Source of the DNA: Phallusia mammillata
Lineage: Eukaryota
Assembly (NCBI GenBank): GCA_965637545.1
Contig: OZ281495.1
Location: 4,402,001 to 4,466,000 of the forward strand
DNA: 64,000 nucleotides
Reading direction: 5' to 3'
Shown here piece after piece: positions 59,072 to 64,000 of this stretch. Position numbers and translations under genes: made by a program. The notes under the pieces were generated by a model. The model made no database searches, had not been told where the DNA came from, and saw only the letters and a program-made list of their open reading frames with translations. Numbering within the stretch: the stretch's first letter is position 1; each line of letters starts with the position of its first letter.

Positions 59072-59753
59072 TAACTTGTGAAGCTGTGGAAAATGGTAAA
59101 TGTGAAATTTCGAATTGCGCATTTGCTGCTAATGAAACAGTGGCATTTGAAGAAACAGTGTCAATGATGTGCTCGGATGGTTCCTCCGCAACAGCCACTT
59201 GTGGATCAGACGGAACATTTACTTGTAATAAAGGTGTGTATCGGAATCCTTTTGCTTGTCGTTTACAGAAAGAATCAAAAACGACTTATTGACTTAATCG
59301 TAACACGCGTGATAGAGAAAAAAATGTGTGCATACCGTTTTACCTGGTGCCACGCTAAAGACAAAAAAAAAATTTTAGCACACGCGTCATCCAACGTTTG
59401 TGGTTGTGCATTATTTTTCGTAACAAGCGCCAGTTTATTGTTAATACAAAGTTGTTTGCTTCTCGAAGTTTACTGGAGCAAAATAAAGTTAACAACACGT
59501 TTTTTTTATACGACATCTATTTCGGGGTTGAAGTTTAGTGGTGTTCTGTATTTTTTAGTAGGTTAAGTCTCCTAACAAAATGATCGGTTTTGTGTGACCG
59601 CATAACAGCGGTTTGAAATGTTTTTTTTGTTTTGTTTTAGAAAACGAAAATGATTCATCTTTGTCTGCAGGGGCAATAGCTGGAATAGTAATAGGATCTG
59701 TAGCAGGATTATGTGCAATTGCGGGGTTGTTATATTGGTTCTTTAAAAAATGA
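59072..59753 (+). pseudogene. Gene G: 5'-truncated small-family remnant (one CCP-like exon + TM exon)
   Basis: Exon 59072-59233 (VTCEAVENGKCEISNCAF...SMMCSDGSSATATCGSDGTFTCNK) is homologous to the second CCP of A and has the same 162-nt length as D exon 6. Exon 59641-59753 reads SLSAGAIAGIVIGSVAGLCAIAGLLYWFFKK*. No signal or Ig exons were found. Confidence 0.75.
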
Positions 59754-60706
59754 TCACTAAAAAAAATCACCATTGTGTATACCTATTTTGCAAAAAAAAA
59801 GTTGATAACAAATATATAAATCCCACGTTTGTAGAAGATAACAGTTGAAAATGTGTGTAATTTCCCAACATTTCTTTATGTAAATTCATTTCCATTTTAA
59901 TTATTATTTTTTTTATTTTCATTATTTAAATTATTTTCAGTATTCCTGTTTCAGCAAAATTTCGAAATCAAATAAAATGTTTATCTTTTAAAAACCAAAA
60001 GCTTTCATTGTGTTTGCGACATTAAATTAACAAAATGTGCATTAGTTTAATGAGAAATAAAACCTTTAAAGTAATTGGGATGTACCAAAAAGTTTGATAA
60101 CAAGTCTTTACAAGACCACTTAACAGACTCATGTGTAGTGATTAAAGTGTAAAAGCTTATTTTTAAAACAAGCCTTACTGTGATCGTACAATGACGGTTT
60201 TTATCTTACCAGAATAAAATTTGTTTAATTATGTCTAATTCTCTTTTGTTAATTAATTGACAACAGTTTGTAGATATCAATCGATATTAGTTAGACACTA
60301 GCCTAACAAATTCTCTACCTTGTTAAATCATCATTAAAACGATCAAAAAGATGTCGAGAAAACAAGTAGCACTTCGTAAATTACATTCTAAAGAGGGGAA
60401 ATTTACAAAATATTTTGTAAAGGGCGTGTTCTTGTGATCGCAAACCGAAATTAATAACGGTAATAAAAAGCCTGATAAGCCCACAAACACATCTACTGAT
60501 TTGTCGTTTAGTGTAAGTTTTATCGATGAGTTAGTAAAACAAAAATGACGATTGGTTGTTTTATGCGCCCCGACACATGGCTCGTTGCAAACAGCGATAA
60601 AAATCGTATCATTGCGGTTATTTTTTACAACTGGGGTGCGTTTGAAAGCTTATGCATATTGGCTCCATTTTATTCGAAAAATTTGATATGTCAGTATTTA
60701 AAAATT

Positions 60707-63580
60707 ACTTTGAAACTGAAATGTTTTTACATTAATGCATATCCGGTCGGAACTAATACGGTCTATTATATAGGCGGGGATGTTATTGGAAATGTCTCTA
60801 AAGTAAGTGCAATTGTTGTGTAGACTTTTCGCCTTTAGGATGCAACGGCCTTTTCACTAGGACGGGCAATATAATAAGATGAAACTTCGAATACTAAAGA
60901 GCTTACCCCACATAAATCTGTGGCCAATATTTAGCAATATTGCAAGATTAAAAAATATAATGACGCATGTTATGAATAAAGATTCTGGTTTATGGTGGTC
61001 AGAAGATGTAATTTTTTTAAAAGTATGGTTGTTTATAAACATAGTGTTGTTATGGAAGTTTTTCCTTCGTTTTTGTGTCCAACAGACTGTCTGTACACGG
61101 CAACTTAGACGAACGATTATATTTCCAAAAGTTCTCTTGTGAAGATTAGTTATGTCAACATACCATTGTTTACAACTCTTTAATCTATTTCTGCGTGAGT
61201 TTGCTTCTTTTGGTCCTGTGCTTGTTTTTGTAGCTACTCATGCACTAAACAACTGACTTCTGAAACGTTTAAGTCATTCGTTTTTGTCCAATAGTCTGGT
61301 GTAATATCACATCTTTTTATTGACACGTTTGTGCAAACAAATCATCAGTTTAAGAAATGTGGTCGACAATTTTCAGGCAAGCCAATTACATTTCATTCCA
61401 ACACGTAAGGACAACAGTCATAATGTTTTTTGCCAAGCTGTTACCACCTACACGGAATATAATAAAGCACTAGGACGTTCATCAGTCACTTTGATCAGCG
61501 TGAAATGTAAGTTACACCCAGACATCGTTTAATTTTTAGGTTTTATCAGCAGTGTTGCCATATCCCTTAATAATCTCCGTTGAAAACATAATTGTTCCTC
61601 TATCAATTCGAGAAACCAAATGATAAGTTACCAAACATGAAGAAAAATCTTCAACAGAGACCATTGCCGACAAACAGTAAAAAACGTTAACAGTAAGCAG
61701 AAGACAAGTATTGTGTGTGCATAGTTCTTTCAGGCTACTTTCATCATTTAATACTCATATTAGGAATTGTACACGAGGGTCTTCATTAGGCACATTGCAT
61801 GACACGGTACAAGCCATAGGTTGCCCAAGCAGTAACAATTTGTATTAATATCGTTTTGTTTATTAACTTTTCTCTTATGAAATATTTTCGCAGATCCACC
61901 AGTTCAAGGCGAAATTAATATAAAAACTAATTCATCAGTTAAAAATGAATTTGGGGTTTTTCTTGATGGCGAACAAAAAGCGACACTAAACTATTCAAGA
62001 GAAGCAAATCCACCACCTAGTTGTGAATTTCAAATTGGCAATCTTATCCAAAGTATAAGTTCTTGCGTATTATCACACAATTTTACAATAACAGCATCCG
62101 TTTCATGTAATGCAAGTAACCTGGTTGGTTACAGTGTTTCACAACTTAATGTTACAGTTGTTACAGAAAGTAAGTTGAACTGATAATAGATATTTTAATT
62201 GCTAAAGTTCCAACATCCATTTCAGGAATAAGTTACTCAGTCGGATGCAAACAAGACACCTAAAAATGCTGGAGAAAATGTTACCTTAAGTTGCTCAGTT
62301 TATTATTCTATTGAACTCGACACAAACTTTTATTGGCAAATTCCTGATCAAACGCGTGTCGTAGATAAACTGAACGATGTTTTAAATTTGCCTAATTTGA
62401 CCAGGCTAGATTTGGGAAACTACTTCTGCAAAACAAGTGATGCTTTTCGAGTTTACATGAGCGTATATTTTTTAAATGTCACATGTGAGTTAACTTCAAT
62501 TAAATTGATTATCTAAGCATAAAAATGTAAAAATGTATTTCGAAACGCTTTACAGATTCTCCACAGGAAATCGACAGTCATACAAACTGCAAATTAGATG
62601 AAGTTGTCAATAGTGATTGTTTTGTTACGTTTTCATCCAATCCCCCTTCGTTTCAATATATGTTGACAAAAAATGGTTAGTCAAGTTTCGTGTACTTTTC
62701 TTCTGTTGATTGTAATTTATGTTCCTTCTATCTTTCAGATTCCATCGTGTACTGTCCTAATTGTTATTTTACAAATGATAGCAACGATAACACAAAACAA
62801 ACATTTGTTTTCGTAATGGAAGTAGGTTGTTGTGTTATTATCATGTAACTTTTAGTAAGCAGGAATACTTTTAGATTTCTGCTGAAAGAGAAACGTATGA
62901 TTTAAGGATTAAATCACCAATGGAAGGTTTTAATGATCTAGTTGTTGAGTTTGTGATATCCAACCAAGGCAACAAATCTGGTGGAAATCGAAATAAAAAA
63001 GTTATAATCGCTGCAAGTGTTGTGGGGAGCATCGTTATAAACGCTATTGTTGCATTTTCTACATATTCCATGGCGATTAAAAAGAACCAAAAAAAACAAA
63101 GGTAAACACGAATAACACTGTCGAAAAACCTAAACATTCACCTTACTAACCCAACTTTTCATAGCTACTAAATCAAACCAAAATCACATTTATGAGAATA
63201 CATTTGACATGGAAAATGTTTCCTCGGATCAAGTTTACGAGGGTACGTAGATTTTTTGCAATTCTGTACTAAATTTGTCAACGTTAGGTGTTTCAACAAG
63301 AAGAATATACACTTATGTTGTAAATAATTTTGAATCTAGAAGTTATTGTATTTCATGTTTTTTCAGTACCAACAGATTAAATACATCACAATTATGAAAA
63401 TGTGGATCTGCAAAAAGGTGAAGCTCAATGTAAGTTTAATCATGTCCTACAACAAAACATAATCTTATTTGTAAATGATTTGTTTTTAGCTACGGAGATC
63501 GAACCAAAAACAACGATGTCTCAAAAACCCCAACCAGCAGTTCTTATGTAAACCAAGCACATCAAACAGAAGCTGCTTGA
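60707..63580 (+). pseudogene. Gene H: 5'-truncated, disabled close paralog of E that retains the TM exon and a YxN-motif tail
   Basis: Homology to E starts mid-exon at ~60707. Exon remnants: to 60802, 61377-61506, 61894-62169 (Ig Cys to Tyr, LNYSR vs LNCSR), 62226-62484 (5-nt deletion, TAA at 62261), 62556-62675, 62739-62821, 62875-63101 (TM, phase shifted in an A run), 63165-63242, 63367-63429 (TAA at 63378), 63490-63580. Confidence 0.85.
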
Positions 63581-64000
63581 AAAATTTGTGAAGAAACATA
63601 TCTTAACCTAACCTTTGTAGAAAGCCAACGAAGCTATCGGTTTCTGCTTTATATTGGGACCGTATTGTAAATGTTTGCACGCTTACGAGTTTCCGTATGC
63701 AAAGCACTAAATTACGTGTTGTATCACCATCTGCCAATTTTGGCAAGGTTGTATTAGCAGTAAATTATGTTCCCATCGGCCGCACTCACTATACCAAAAC
63801 CCCCAAAACATATTTGTAGCTTTGCACTATGACACTTGGTTTCTAAAAATAATCACATTTTTTTGTTTAATGTTCAATTTAAAGTATATGAGCGATCTTT
63901 TTTGTAGTTTGTTCTTGCGCGTACGCTGTTTCTTGCGTATAATTTGTGTGTGTATACTGTCTCTGTGCGATTTTCTTCCTATAAATAAAAGTACAGAAGA

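Noticed and set aside
60545-60802. Upstream ATG in frame with the truncated H exon as a rescued start
   Set aside because: It gives no convincing signal peptide, and downstream frameshifts and stops remain.

Overview
This is AT-rich eukaryotic DNA with short GT-AG introns. An invertebrate chordate (ascidian-like) source is my inference from gene architecture, not something I could verify. The ORF track shows only exon fragments, so I assembled spliced models by hand and checked that every exon phase closes. The window is a cluster of two interleaved families of single-pass cell-surface receptor genes. Family 1 ('small': A 923-3524 -, D 25686-28988 +, G remnant 59072-59753 +) encodes signal peptide + Cys-poor Ig-like domain + CCP/sushi-like repeats + TM + a tyrosine-free tail. 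Family 2 ('large': B 4435-9654 +, C 19712-25096 -, E 39788-43597 +, F 48418-58252 -, H 60707-63580 +) encodes signal peptide + a highly divergent N-terminal domain + CCP + 3-5 Ig domains + TM + a tail of symmetric phase-1 exons carrying tyrosine motifs. Small and large genes sit in head-to-head pairs (A/B, C/D, F/G). B, C and F have NPxY + (D/E)xYAxV tails. H has YxN tails and is disabled. E has lost its TM exon and is predicted soluble. C combines an E/H-type ectodomain with a B/F-type tail. F and G are both 5'-truncated at a shared junction. From recall, the layout resembles the Fester-family/Fester-coreceptor allorecognition pairs of Botryllus, and it looks like a birth-and-death paired immune-receptor locus. 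Spacers carry a repeated non-coding module (CTCF-like motif plus a ~300-bp block in 5 copies), a ~190-bp satellite, many Buster-type hAT MITEs, a piggyBac derivative, tRNA-Leu-like SINE heads and a Penelope-like element with a minimal hammerhead ribozyme. I found no rRNA, CRISPR array or intact tRNA.
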